A stretch of DNA of 58,723 bases, counting the filler, from Sphacelaria rigidula (taxonomy: Eukaryota), in the NCBI GenBank assembly GCA_964200075.2. It is 7 parts of 7 records of this genome, joined end to end, with 100 filler letters (N's around TTAATTAATTAA, not from the genome) between each part and the next. Parts side by side here need not be neighbours in the genome. Positions count along the whole stretch, not along the records: positions 8,405 to 16,708 come from CAXNAA020011590.1; positions 16,809 to 25,112 come from CAXNAA020011591.1; 5 more parts are not named here. One strand, written 5' to 3'. Position numbers and translations under genes: made by a program. The notes below the pieces were generated by a model, which had not been told where the DNA came from, did not search any database, and worked only from the letters and a program-made list of their open reading frames with translations. Position 1 is the first letter of the stretch; each line of letters opens with the position of its first letter. This document shows, piece by piece, positions 10,407 through 23,235 of this stretch.

Positions 10407-13400
10407 AAGAGGAGTCAACACTGTACTGCATTGTACTGTACTGCATTATACTGCTCTTGTACTACTGTTATCCTGCGCGTTTTACTTCGGCCTCGTCCAT
10501 GCATATAATATTCACCCAGTCTTGCGCCGAGAGTAGAAAAAAAAAGACGGAACAGAAGCTGACCTTTTGTCACTCCGGTACACGCTGCTGCAAGACCCCA
10601 AAACAGATTCAGCGAGATGGAGTTGTTGTCTGTGGTTGTGATGAGGTGTGAGCGAAGTTTCAGCGTCTCGCAGCGCCTACAGCGCGCGTGCTGTCGTGTT
10701 TCTCGAACTATGCACCTCTAGAGGCAATGCCCCCAGGTGTTTTGCACAGATTGTCATTATCCAGCGGGTGTCCCAGTACAGACTCACCTTTGTTTCTCAA
10801 TGCAGCAGCGTTCCACGTGCTGATGATGCCGATGGAAGTGGACGAGTTACTTCACATGACGAGTTGCTTTGCATTTGCGTTTGCTGACGATGCATGCATT
10901 TTTAGACAGCGGGGCAGCCATTTCGAGTGCGCTTTCACGGATTTGCCGAAATACGGTATTCGCATCGTTTTTGCTGTCCCATGCACTGCAAACGCCGGCG
11001 CCCGAGGAACATGCTGTTTGTGATGTGCGCGACTAGTGCTCCAAGTTTCACGGATGTACTCTCAGCCGATGTGGAGAAATCCACATCCTAAGATGCCGAC
11101 AAATTGCGGGAAAATGCACTAGTCAACCATGGCAAAATACATCGGGTAGGGTTACCCCGCATATCCCACGTACGGAAACGTACTTGCGGCGTATGTGCTC
11201 TGCTCGACATCACGGCAGAGATCGGGAGATTTGCAGAAGATTTTGTGACAGCGTGACTGTCAGAGTTCGGTGCATGGCCCTTTCACGCATTGCGGTTGTA
11301 GTGGTACGGGCAGCATCGGTCGGTGAAAACAGACGTATTGTGCAGGTGAAAAGTGGAGCAACAGTGTGGGTGTGTGTTGGGGTTTTCGTCGACACAATTC
11401 GAGGTACACGACGCACAGTTTTTATTACATTTTTTGAAAGCTCGCGGGCGCTGACGACTCCCCCATCGAATCCAGGCCTCTGATTCTCAGAGGAAAGTGC
11501 CTCGAGGGTTCAGATAAGGAAGTTGTATGTCGGCAAGTGTCAACAAGTCACGAGTGCTGGCCCAGGTGTGGTCACCACCCACCGACAGGTGCTCTGATCT
11601 CCGAAATAATACACCTTATCGTCGAATAAGACACGAATCCTGCGAGGTATGTGTGGGATACGTATGCGAGCAAGAGCATCGCCTCCCTACGATACGAAGA
11701 CCCACAGTAATTTGCGAAGGTGGTCATCCGTCGCATATATGCAGAAAGGGAGGAGTTGAGATACTATACACCGTATACCCTCATGTGTGTCGAACATTCC
11801 AGTCCGGTCCTTTGTTAGTATGGAGGCACTCCCCAAACAGTCCAGGGATGATTCGAAAGGACCTTTGCCGGTGAAATACATTTTTTGTACCTCTGCAAGC
11901 ACCATAATTCAAGACGAAACACCCTACAGAGCACAGCCTGTCAATTTACTCTTCCCGTTTTGCCCTTGAAATGCCTCATATGGCGGCAATATTGCGCAAC
12001 ATGCATCGTTCCCGCATAGTCAGGCGATGGGATGGAGCGTGACACCAGGCATCCCTCAACATGATCTTAGTGAACCATACACCCGTCCGAAAAAACATAA
12101 CAGGCTAGCACAGTAAACATGTGTCTTCCATTCATGTCTTGAATAACTGTACCATATGTGCTGCCTTTGCCGTCGACAGTTGGGACCTGTCCCTCCAACA
12201 TCTCTAGTTCGGGACCTGTCCCTCCAACATCTCTCCACATAGGCCCCAAACTATAGCCATGACTCGAACAATAGCGAGCTACATCTCAAGTGCCGGCGCC
12301 AGCGCGGACTAAGCTCCGGCGTCGTTCGATATCGGGCTATGACCTGCGCCTGCAACCGCACCATCGCACAAGACACGATGCCCGGTGAACACCCTGTCAT
12401 CGACTCCGTCATATATGCCGCAAAAATCTACATCCAGTAGCCTAACCATCATGTCAAACACGGGCGACCAATTCATCAAGTATGGTGGGGACGAACACGG
12501 CACGTGCCGAGCGCCATGCTGAGCTTGTGGATGGCATCCGCGACTCCCTTCGTCGCCCATCCCTGCGGTCATCTGACGGGAAACGTACCACTGACGGCAA
12601 GCACGAGACAATGCAGGCGAACGATGGAACGAGTGGGACTCGTGTTCAAATCATGTCTCACGGGCATCACACAACAGGAGGGTACCGACATTGCCAGTGT
12701 CTCCATCGCAGCAAGAGCGAAATTATGTTAGAACTTCCTTGCAAGGATTCCTTGAAACAGCGCTACTGTTTGTGTTCCCTGCCGGTCGGCGCGATTCGTC
12801 CTTCGATCGCACTGCCTTTCAACTACCTGTCCATATGTCGCAAGTCTCCTCTTCACACATTACCCCACCCCGCGAGCACATCAGATCCATGATTGTTAGC
12901 AGTACATGTATGGGCGGGGGAAAGCGCACATTTGTAGTATGACACATCTTTACTAAAGCGAGAAAGAGGTTTTCTTTATATTTTCGTTGATCCGCATGTT
13001 TTCCGTGATTTTTTTTTACACAGTTCATCCCAGTGAACGTTTCATCCATGGGTGTGGCGATCGGTCAATAATAGACCCTATTACTGTAGCCCGTAAGTCC
13101 GATGTTGAGCTATCCCCGAAACCGTTTCGCTTGGGTTCTCGAGTGGATGCGTAGATTCTCCCGACATTCTTGCTGTCGACATTCACTGTTCCGAAAAAAA
13201 TATAGGGTTGTTCGACGGCTCGAGCACCATGGATGCGTGGAAATTCCATAACAAAATGAACGCTCCTGTGTAGCCGTTAACGTAAACGTCCGGGAGTCCT
13301 GCCATCGAGCAACTACGCACAAGGGTGATATGTGAGGATATCAAGATTCCGTGCAGACGTTGTTTTTGCTTCGGTATCTGCATCGGATGGCCCGTATACC

Positions 13401-13958
13401 CCCCCTTTCCCAAAATGCGGCATGACCGGTGGCACACATGAGCCCTTGCGAACATCTTCCGCTGCCAATAAATTACTGAAAGCTTTGATGCTACCTGTGA
13501 AGTACTGTACACTCTTGAATGAGTCGTACTACATGGCGTAGGCACGAACCACACCAATTCCAACATGATGAGCCTGGGCCTATGTGCTATCCCCACCTGT
13601 TTAAAGCGGGGCAGAGGCTTGGCAGCATTTGGACACGACATTCATGTGTCTTCGAGACCGACATAAACACACAAATAAAGTTAGTGATACCTCTGCACAG
13701 CACATTACCTCCATGACGGTACTACACCCTCACCTCGCCTTCAGAAAGCATCTCACTTCAGCATCACTTCCACTCCATTACGAGAGTATAACCCGTTCCA
13801 AATATCGCTCCACCATGTCCCCGCCCCCGTCCCCCTCGGAATCACAAGACGTTTCCGATGACTGGCTGCAACCAGGCTCGGACCCTGCATCTTTACTCGT
13901 CGATTTCTGCGCGCTCCTGCTATTCCCCGCCTCGCTGTTATCCCACGGCTCGATCGCA

Positions 13959-14078
13959 AACCCTTCCGCGAATGACCCTTCGGTGAGTAACCCTCCAGTT
14001 TGGAAGCCTTGAGTGGGTAACGCATCAGTGGGTAACCCATGAGTGGATAACCCTTGACTGGGCAACCCTTGACTGCGT
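13959..14078. repeat. 15-bp minisatellite, 8 degenerate copies
   Basis: Units such as AACCCTTGACTGGGC / AACCCATGAGTGGAT; in frame on the minus strand as SQGLP/THGLP/TQGFQ pentapeptides. Confidence 0.8.
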
Positions 14079-14539
14079 AACCAAGCCTTCAGGGGGTGAT
14101 CCGCGTTGTTCAGGGACAGGCGCAGCACGCCGCCCCTCGCACCCACACAATGTGGAGTGCCAATCTTTTCCTAACCTCGCGCACGTGCAACTGCGCTTGC
14201 ATTTGTGCTTCTCTGCCGCAAGAGGGTTGCATCCGCACAACGGCCGTTTGCTTTCCCCCGCGGGGTCGATGCAAGCGTGCTCCGACAAGTTGACAACATT
14301 TTTGTCTTTCGTCAAACGCTTCCCTCTTTTCTCCTGGGCCGTTTTCCATCCGCGGCCGCAGAACTCGACGGCGGGCATGGACTCCGCTATTCCCCCCATC
14401 CAGTATTATTGCCCCCCCTCTCCGGCGATGTTTTTCGCAAGGCGGGTTGATGGTCACAGACCTTCAGGTAAGTTGCGAACGCCGCCGGGTGAACACGGTG
14501 CCATGAAACTTCTAAAAGTCTGGACCGTCTACCTAACCG

Positions 14540-15270
14540 TTCTCCACAGCACTGAGCACCACACAACAGTACGCTGTGGCGGAACCCACCCATTTAGTAC
14601 GGTACAGGGCACTAATGTGACAGACAACAAAATACATTGCAGTACAGTACACCAGTGCACATGGTGGTACCCAATAGTACCGACACTGGACCGCGCACGA
14701 CAGTTTACAGTGCAGTGCAGCAGAGTAGAAAACAGTCCAGTACCTTACAGAACCGCAGAGAGCCGTACAGTTGAGTACAGACGACTGCAGTACTCTACAG
14801 CGCAGGCTATTAACAGTATCGTACACCGTACTCGACCGTGTGCGACAGTTTCTAGCACGTAAGAGTCGAGTAGATTACAATCGAGTACAGTATACAACAC
14901 GGTCAAGCACGAGCGGCGTGTTTTGTGTTGTCATCGCGCAGGGCCCCTGACGTGATCGTGACCCACCCTAATCAGTAGAGGGCAGCACATTACGATTCAC
15001 TCGAGTGCAGCACACGACGGCACGGGACTCCACAATACAGTGCGTTTTCTACTGTCGTCCATCAGTGCACCGTACTGGATCGTGCGCGGCACTTTCCAGT
15101 CCGTGACGGTAGACTACATGGCACTCCAATACAGTACACAACGGAACAGACCAGCACGCAACAGTGAGCTTTGTGTTGCTATCCCATCATATACCGCACT
15201 GGACCATGCACAACGGCGTGCAGTATTGTGCGATACAATGGCACTCGAGTACAGTACGTGCACACCTCAT
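14540..15270 (+). repeat. Degenerate (CAGTA)n-rich tract
   Basis: Repeated ACAGTAC/CAGTG/GAGTAC pentamers; opposite-strand TACTG tracts at ~9270-9600 and 10420-10470. Confidence 0.65.
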
Positions 15271-15709
15271 AACTGAGCGGTGCGGTGGATCATCAAGTTT
15301 TATAGCGGAATTTTTGTGCAGTTTGCAGCCCCGGTCTACTGGTTGCAGTCAATCGCCTCGATGTTTGGGCCCCACACACGAATCGAGAAAGTCTTTTTTT
15401 CAGATGAACTCCATACGTCGTGGGCTACCCCGTGCACATAGTGCGGCCTACTAACTCCTGGTGTGGCCGCCACCCGTCTGCGCACCATCACATACCATTC
15501 CGGCCACGAGGAACCTATACTGAGCAACACCAGTCAGACCGGTCAACGCGGGAACTTATCACCTTCCCACCCAGAATCTGGCACCGACAGTCCGCCTTGA
15601 ACACAGCTTTCCACCGGTGCCGCATGTTGGACATGTGCTTCTTCGTGTTGGGATTGCCAATCGGGTGAGCTGCTGGTACTTGACGGCTGATGCTTGCTCA
15701 TTTCGTGTT

Positions 15710-16304
15710 CGAGCTGGGCCAGCAGTAAATCCCGCATTCGCTTTCCACACCATAACTTTTCAAGTTTCCCAAATCAGCGCGACTTAAGCATATCGCTGTG
15801 AACTACAGACCAACCTGGTAACACACGGCACCGCCGCTGAGTGAAAAAATAAGAAAATAATGTACTGCATAATATATGACCGCAACGATGGAACGAAACA
15901 AAAAGAGAATATGTCGGGATTCGAACTCATGACCTCCATAACTGGAGTCTCCTGTATCACTTGTATTACAGGGGCGTGGCCGTGTCACACGAAAAGTGCG
16001 ATGCGGCGCCCACTTTGAGATATTTTTGGCCGAAACTTCACCAGGATGTCCTTGATGCGAGTGCCCAGCACGTTGTTGGGGGTGCAGCCGTTTTTATCAA
16101 TTTTCCAAGGACTTCAAGCATTTTCTGTTTTTGCTCAAAATTTAACTCGCTCTGACTTCTTGTTTTTTTGTTCTCTGCTCCCACGATAGGGTTGCGCGGG
16201 TTGATGATAAAAATGCCGCGTCAAATTTTCAGCGCCTAACTCTTCGAATTACCAATCGCATCACCATTTTTCATTCAAAAATCACTGTCAGCGGGCCCAG
16301 CTCG
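15710..16304 (-). mobile_element. TA-flanked MITE (Tc1/mariner-type) with internal tRNA-like cassette; paralog of 35622-36235
   Basis: TIRs CGAGCTGGGCC...GGCCCAGCTCG followed by TA; the whole body is the reverse complement of 35622-36235. Confidence 0.75.
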
Positions 16305-16568
16305 TACAATGATTCTTGTATGCGGGCGCGGGAGCTTTTAATTAATTTATTTTCTATCGGCGCAAGACTGCACCCTGAGGGTAACTCATATCTTGCGTTG
16401 GCATACCTTTCACTTGAAAAAATAATGCAAGACCCATATGACCCACCCTGGCGGTCGAAGGGTTAACTTTCAAAGGTGGCGGAAGAAGAGCCACGCTCTC
16501 CCCGAGGTTTCGTATAATCTGATCTTTGGCGATACTCATAAACAAAGGGAAGGAACGCAGCGGGGGGG

Positions 16569-16680
16569 TGTACGCATGATCTCGCAAGCCGTAGTCATAT
16601 GACCGTTGACCTCGCATCCCTACAAAGCCGGGGCGGAGCACGCCGGGTTTTCGCCGCACCAGGCTCGCACTCAATCACCA
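16569..16680 (-). mobile_element. C-run-anchored short insertion (subfamily A)
   Basis: Reverse complement TGGTGATTGAGTGCGAGCCTGG...GATCATGCGTACA + C7; near-colinear with 58057-58168. Abuts the G-run of the 16371-16568 repeat, whose paralog at 10209-10406 lacks it. Confidence 0.75.
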
Positions 16681-16708
16681 AGCGGCAAGCGCTGTGATGT
16701 GTTCGGCG

Positions 16709-16808
16709 NNNNNNNNNNNNNNNNNNNNNNNNNNNNNNNNNNNNNNNNNNNNTTAATTAATTAANNNNNNNNNNNNNNNNNNNNNNNNNNNNNNNNNNNN
16801 NNNNNNNN
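16709..16808. other. Artificial scaffold linker
   Basis: N44-TTAATTAATTAA-N44. Confidence 0.98.
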
Positions 16809-19800
16809 ATTGCGCTGAAAAAGTATCTACGCGATCGAGGGGCATTAGGCCGGCAAAAATGTCATTGGGCAGACTAATGCCGAGATAGCCCCTCACTAAA
16901 AGTGCACTGGAGACCGTCCGACAAACTGGCTGCGATCCCACTATTGGGCTCGTTTGCAGCAACTTGGCCCACTTGAGAAGCGTATAGCAGTCCGAAATCA
17001 GCTATAACGCCCAAATGAGTTGCGTCTTGCAGCAAGAAACCAGCTCTCACGTCATTTATGATCATTGCCTCCGTGCACGTTTTTGGCCGGTTCGGGGGGA
17101 GGGCTATCTCGGCAGTAGTCGGCACCATCGCTGAGAGTGTGGGGAAAGCACTGTTTTAGGCTTGAACCTCATCTCGGAGTTAAACCTCAATGCGCACAAT
17201 TTGTTGTTAGCCGCTGTTCCTGACCTGAGCTTCTGCCAAGCCGGCACGTTGCTGCTCTTATTTTTCCGTATCGATTGTACGCAACTGTTGTATCTTTCCT
17301 TCACGAAATTACTGATTAAGTACAAACCGTGTTCACACAGTGTGATAACGGACATCTGCACACGAACCTTGGATTGTTCCGGCACTTTACCTTTGTTGCT
17401 CCTAGCGACCTTGTTGTTGTTGTAGCTTTAGCTTCGTTGCTCGTGGCTACTTTGTTCTTGTTGTCACCTTGTGTACTTCGCACAGCCGTAAGGCAACGCG
17501 GTACCTTACCGTGGTAAGTGACAATACACAGCATAACGTACTGTGAGTTTTTTCTCCGTTGACTCCTTCTCGAACAAACACATTTATTGTTCCGAGACGG
17601 TTTCGTTGAAATACCACTAGTTGAAACATTTCAATCTCCGTTGCGTGCTCATTTGAACAGACAACACTCGAAATCGGTGCCCCTTGCCTGTGCATTGCTA
17701 ATTTTCCGGCACCCGCCCCCAGCATTGCCCCTGTTGTGCATCACAGTACCTCTGTTCCACATACATACGTTGTCTCAACTTCGTTGGATAACAAGCCTTC
17801 GCCTTGCACTACGCAGTCCGAGTTCGCGGTCTACAACCCAAGCTTTGTAAAAGCTTTTGTGCTGCCTTACGCTGCACAGTTTTCGTGCACATCACAGAAT
17901 ATATATATATATATATATAGCTGTTTTCATTTGCACACCGCCAGCCGGTCCTCAACTTGTGCTAGGATCATACAGTTATAGTTTACCCGTGACGCTACAT
18001 CTGGAAAACGTGTAAGTTGTTCTTCCACGTACTAACGCTGCTACAGACAGTCGGGTCTTCGCTTGTCTTCGACGACATACGTCTGTTCTGTGCACAACCC
18101 CGTGCTAGCTATTACCGCCACAACTTGAAGAAAGCTGTATTTAATCAGACCTCGGACATAATTGTTACGAACCGCAATTCGCTTGAATAAATTCCTTAAG
18201 CAAATCAGGTCCCACGATCCCCTCAGGCGCTATTAGGCTTCATTATCCAGTATTTTCTGGATCAAGCTTCGGCTTCTGCACGTAGCATCACCTGGTGTCA
18301 CGCGCCTTTGATTAGAGCCGCAGATCAGACATACTGCACCTTATTTTTTTAGCACAAAGGCTGCGTACGACTATCATGTCGCACAAAAATAACGCTGGCT
18401 CTTCCCCTCAGTTGGGAAACCAACCGCTTCGCCGGACCCGGAGTCAAACTACTGGCGGTTCGAAATCTTTCAAAGTGAGTGGCACGCCACCTTAAACACA
18501 TCGCCGCACGTATGCGAGCGCTGTTCGTTCGTCGGGATCTGAAGACCAACATTCGAGCGAAGTTCATTCTTCAACGCTTGAAGACCAGGCTTTGACGCCG
18601 GGACCTGTTCTCTCACGTTCCGACCCGGACTCAGAGAACATGGTAGTGCAACCGGCCGAGTCATTGGTTTCTGACGAACATGTCAGTGAGCCCATAACGG
18701 TGGATTCCGTCGCACACCCCTCGCTGCCCCCTGCTCCCCCGAATTCCAATGTGGAATCCGGAGTTAGGATTGTGCCCTCAGTCGAGTCGTTGCCCCTGGA
18801 CAAACGTGTCCAGCTCGGCCCTGTCACGGTTGCTTCAACCGTGGCACCCCGTCGCTTCACGGCTGACAACGCTCGAGATGGTTATGTCCCAATGAAGCGC
18901 ATCGCTTCTGGAGCAAGAGACTTTGTCACACGGGCTGCTTCCGTTACGGACCACCTTCGCACGACTCTTGATAGTCCCATGCGCCCTCCTGTGCAGTCCA
19001 ATGTCGGACCTGCAGTTGCGGCCATGCATGCTGCCATGCAAACTCTGCATCGCACCTCCTCGGCGTCGTCGCCATTGCCAGCGGCAGCTCTCATCGAGGT
19101 ATTTACGGCTTTTTGCCACTCCACGCTCCAAGACCAGTCGGCGTCTGCTCATGTGCAATTCAATGATGATTCTGCACCTGCCACGGCCAAACCCGTACGT
19201 CTGGCGACCCGCTCGGCGACATCGCGTCCTCCGTTCGTCACTCATGATAAATTCAACGAACATGAGTCCAGCCCTTCCTCAACGTCGCAGCAGAGTTACA
19301 CTTGCGCTTCTGACCGGCGCCGCACACCAAAACTTGGTCATGACCATGTCTCCCGTTCTAGCAGTTCTAAGGGCCACTCCCAGCAAAGCTTGAATTCATC
19401 GCGCGCTTCCACACGCCCAAAGAATATCGCTCATGGACACAAATATGAAGGTAGTTCACGCCATATTTCCAATTCATCCTGCGCTCCTAAGCGCCCGGTG
19501 AACACTAACCATGGCCGTACTCACGAGGATGCCTTGCGGCCCAGACCAAGTTCTTCGCGCGTTAACTCGCGCTTGAACAACTCCGATCATGTACCTTCGC
19601 GCATCTCCACTGCTCAGCCTTTGTCACACAACCGTTATGTACGCAATGATAACACTGTACATTCTGACGATATCCAAAACATATTTTCGGACATGTCACC
19701 GGCTCCGGAATCCTCACTTGCAAGATCCGACCGCACCTCATCGCACAACCGACGACAACGCACTGACCGCGAACCACCGTCCCGTTCCGACGCTGCGCTT

Positions 19801-21208
19801 ATTCGTTCTCTGCAACAACCTTTGACAGATCTCGAACGGCAACTCGCAACAGCAACTATGGACGCTCAACGCACTACCGCTACTGCCAGCAAGACCATTC
19901 GCGCTCCCGCAGCTACTGCTGCCGCTACCGCGACTGCTGCGCCGGCTCATACAACCGCCGCCGCTCCGCCTGCTATCGACACGGATGCCGATAGCGGCTC
20001 CACCACCGCCCCTGTGCGCCCTCCCCCATCCGTGGAGATTCTCCCTCCGCTTGGCGATGAGCACTGCCCCATCGGCCTGCTTTAACGCCTGTTCACCAAC
20101 TGGCCACGCGCTGAACAGCAACAACTCATCGCTGACTATGAGTCGCAGGAGCCTGCGCTGACGCAAAACATCCTCGGCAAACAACGCGACGCCGACGCCG
20201 CCGCTGCCCGCCTCCTTCTGGAGGAGCACGAGAGTACCCTCAAGGACCTCCAGCGGCAGGCCTCCCTTGCTCACTCCACGAGCACGGCGGCTCAACGAGC
20301 GCTCGACCAAGGCCGTACTGCGGCTACGGCGGGTCAAAGACGGGTTCGTCAACTCGAAGATCATGTTCAGCGGACCGCCCAAGCAGCGGCTTCGTCGGCG
20401 GCACGCCTAACTGATCATCAAGCCGCTCCGCCTTCCACCGACAACTTGCTCAGGCCCCACCTGCCGGCGTCCAACAGAGCGACGTATGTCATTCCTCGCA
20501 AGTCCAACAGGACGTCGCCTGCTGCGGCCGCTGCCGGCGCCACGACGCCTCCGACACCGCCGCGTGACGGAGTTGGCTCGGTGCCGCACACAGCTTCTTC
20601 GACGAACTTGCGACTGGTGTCTCAAGAACGAGAATGGCTTTCTCGTCCTATGCCGACCTATACCGGTCCCTTCGACCGGCGAAACCACCTGCACTGCTCT
20701 CCAACCGCATGGACCTTGATATCCCAAGGTATTTTTTACACGGTTGGGGCGTATGTCGAACAGAACGGCTTCCTCCCCAAGGCAGGCGTCTCGGTGCTCA
20801 CCTTGGGCCAACTACTTAGTTTTGCAGGCTACCGTTGGCGATCACCTGGACCACCAAACTTACGTTGAAGGGGTTGAGGAACGTTTTGCGGCGCTTCTCG
20901 CTGGCTACAACACTCATCCCGGCGCTACCCTCAACGGAGACGAAGATAAAGATGGGTGGACTCCCGCAACATCCAACTGCCGGGGACAGAAGAAACATCA
21001 CCGGCGCGACGACGATGATACCGATGGAGGGAATTCATGGCGCCGCCATGGCGGTGGAGGATTTTCTTCAAGCAGTTCCGGACCGAACCGCCCGCCCCGC
21101 AAGCCGGAAGGCAAGCACACTGGAGGTAACTCCTCCGGATCATCCGCATCGGCCTGAAACCGGTCCGGTGCAACTCTTCCCGCCTCGGGGTCGGAGACCC
21201 CCAGGCAA

Positions 21209-22483
21209 GTGGTTCCTAAGTTGGCTGATGTTTCGGCCCGCATTTTAGGTTTGTCCGATACGGATACACCTGACCGTCCTTTGTCTTCTACTGCAGCCCG
21301 CGCGTTAGCAACCGCCGCGGCTGACAAAGAAGGTTCGGAAGCTAGCAACAAAGCAGCTTCCGATAGAGCCGAGTCTGCCCGAGTAGCTGCAATACAAAGA
21401 CAGTATATTCAGATGGATGTGAAAAACCTCTGGCACATCAAAACTATGCCTATCGCGGATAACGAAGATTCGGGCCAGTTTACTTCTGCCCTCATCACGT
21501 CCATCCGCCGCACTGTTTGTAACATCCTTCACTTGGCGGATGTGACTGGCACAAAACGTTTCGAAAATTCCGACTGGGTAGAGGGCTGGCAGACCCCCTT
21601 GCACAAAGCAATGCATCGATCGATCAGCCGCCGCTCTCCCGACCTCACTGCTTCTCTGACGCAGGTTCTCGATGGATTCCTCGCCGAGATGGACCCGGAT
21701 CGTGCCAAGGGGAAGACAGGCCCGGTATTACTCTCTGATTTGGAGAGGCGTCTGATCGGTTACTTCGATAAAAGTGACCAGGCTAGTGCCATCCAAAGGC
21801 TGAGTTCCTTTGTTGTCGCCTCTGATGTCCCTTTCGCGGACTATCTCCGCGAATTTAAGCTTTTGGTTTTGGGTACAACGGGAGTCGGACGTCAGAACGG
21901 ACCGAGTGACGCAATGTGTCAGACTTACGTTCGCAATAGCGCTGCTCAACAGTATCCGGCTCTGATGCGGTCATTGTTTCCGGGTGTCTTGGCGCATCAC
22001 GAGGTGCCTTCCGCCTCCGTTGATACTATGTGGTCTGCTTTTGTACACCAAGAGGGTGATCTTACGCCTGCCATACGTGGCAAATCTTCAATGTCTGTGC
22101 ATTTACAACCTACGGTTGTGTCCTCCGCTCATGCCCAAGGGGATCGCGGCAGGAATTCGAGCTCGTCTCGCGCTTCATGGACCCCCGACTCAGTCGCCGG
22201 TTCAGTTATGCATGTTCAGAGTACCAGAGATTCATTTAGCGCGAGTTTTGACGGTTAGCCGTTTTCCGAGGAAACTTGGGATGATGTTGATCTGACTTCA
22301 ACAACGGCATTCATAACCGATGACTCCCATTTGTGGAACCCACTTCTTTCGCCTTCCGCTAGACGCAATGCCTTTAGCAGTCATACCAACAGTTGCATCA
22401 ACTGTAGTGTTCAAGGCCACAGCATGCGCGACTGTGACGGTCCGTGCATCAATGCCTTTGATTTCCTAAACCCTGAATTGTAG
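21209..22483 (+). pseudogene. gag: Gag-like protein with zinc knuckle
   Basis: 349-aa ORF continues in frame past TAG at 22256-22258 (probably TGG) into CINCSVQGHSMRDC (CX2CX4HX4C, 22394-22435). Confidence 0.75.
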
Positions 22484-23235
22484 GACAATGAACCCGCGTG
22501 GCGCCGATGGCAAAAACGCATGCGCAATTATCGTCCACCAACTCAAAATTACCGCAACAATTCGAACCACCGTGGCAACAAGAGCTCTAATCGCGGTCGC
22601 CGACACACCAACAATCACGGAAGCCCTCGCCAGAACGATCAAAATTCTCGCGACAACAAACGTTCCGCTGATAGACACCAGCGCACGGGACTGACACAAA
22701 GTTCCACTCCCAACACCAGAAACCCTGGTACCTTCACTTCGGATCGCTTAGACCCATGACGTGCCGACGCCGGCGCTCTTCGGTCTTCCACACCGTCGAT
22801 AGCACGAGCGGAGACTATTTTCACACAGCCCGCGGAGTCCGTGTCAAAAATTGCTCACTCGACTCCCCTGGCACTATCCAGGAGCATAACTGAAGGCCGT
22901 TCATATCGACCCCCGTCTCGAACCTCCGCACAATTTCAACACAGCCCGCAGAGCCCGCGACTAAGATTGTCCGCCCGGCTCTCCCGGCACTATGCAGGAG
23001 CGCAACTGACGGCCGTTCAAATCGACCCCCGTCTTCGTCTCTCCACACACCGCGTAACAGTTGTGAAACTCCGCGACTCAGACCTACACCCGGCACTGAA
23101 CTTGGTCCTTCAGTACCGAGTATAAGTCTGAGGTGTGGGAAGACCGACTGCCAGTCCCTGAGGCAAAGGCTTCCCTCAGCGACCGCACGCACAGGTAGCA
23201 GCAAGCCTTTTTCAGCTGACCCAAGTGTTGCTGAT

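Noticed and set aside
12182-12234. Direct repeat GGGACCTGTCCCTCCAACATCTCT x2 as a CRISPR-like unit
   Set aside because: Only two copies with a 5-nt gap; a simple local duplication. No CRISPR array or prokaryotic operon is evident anywhere in the window.
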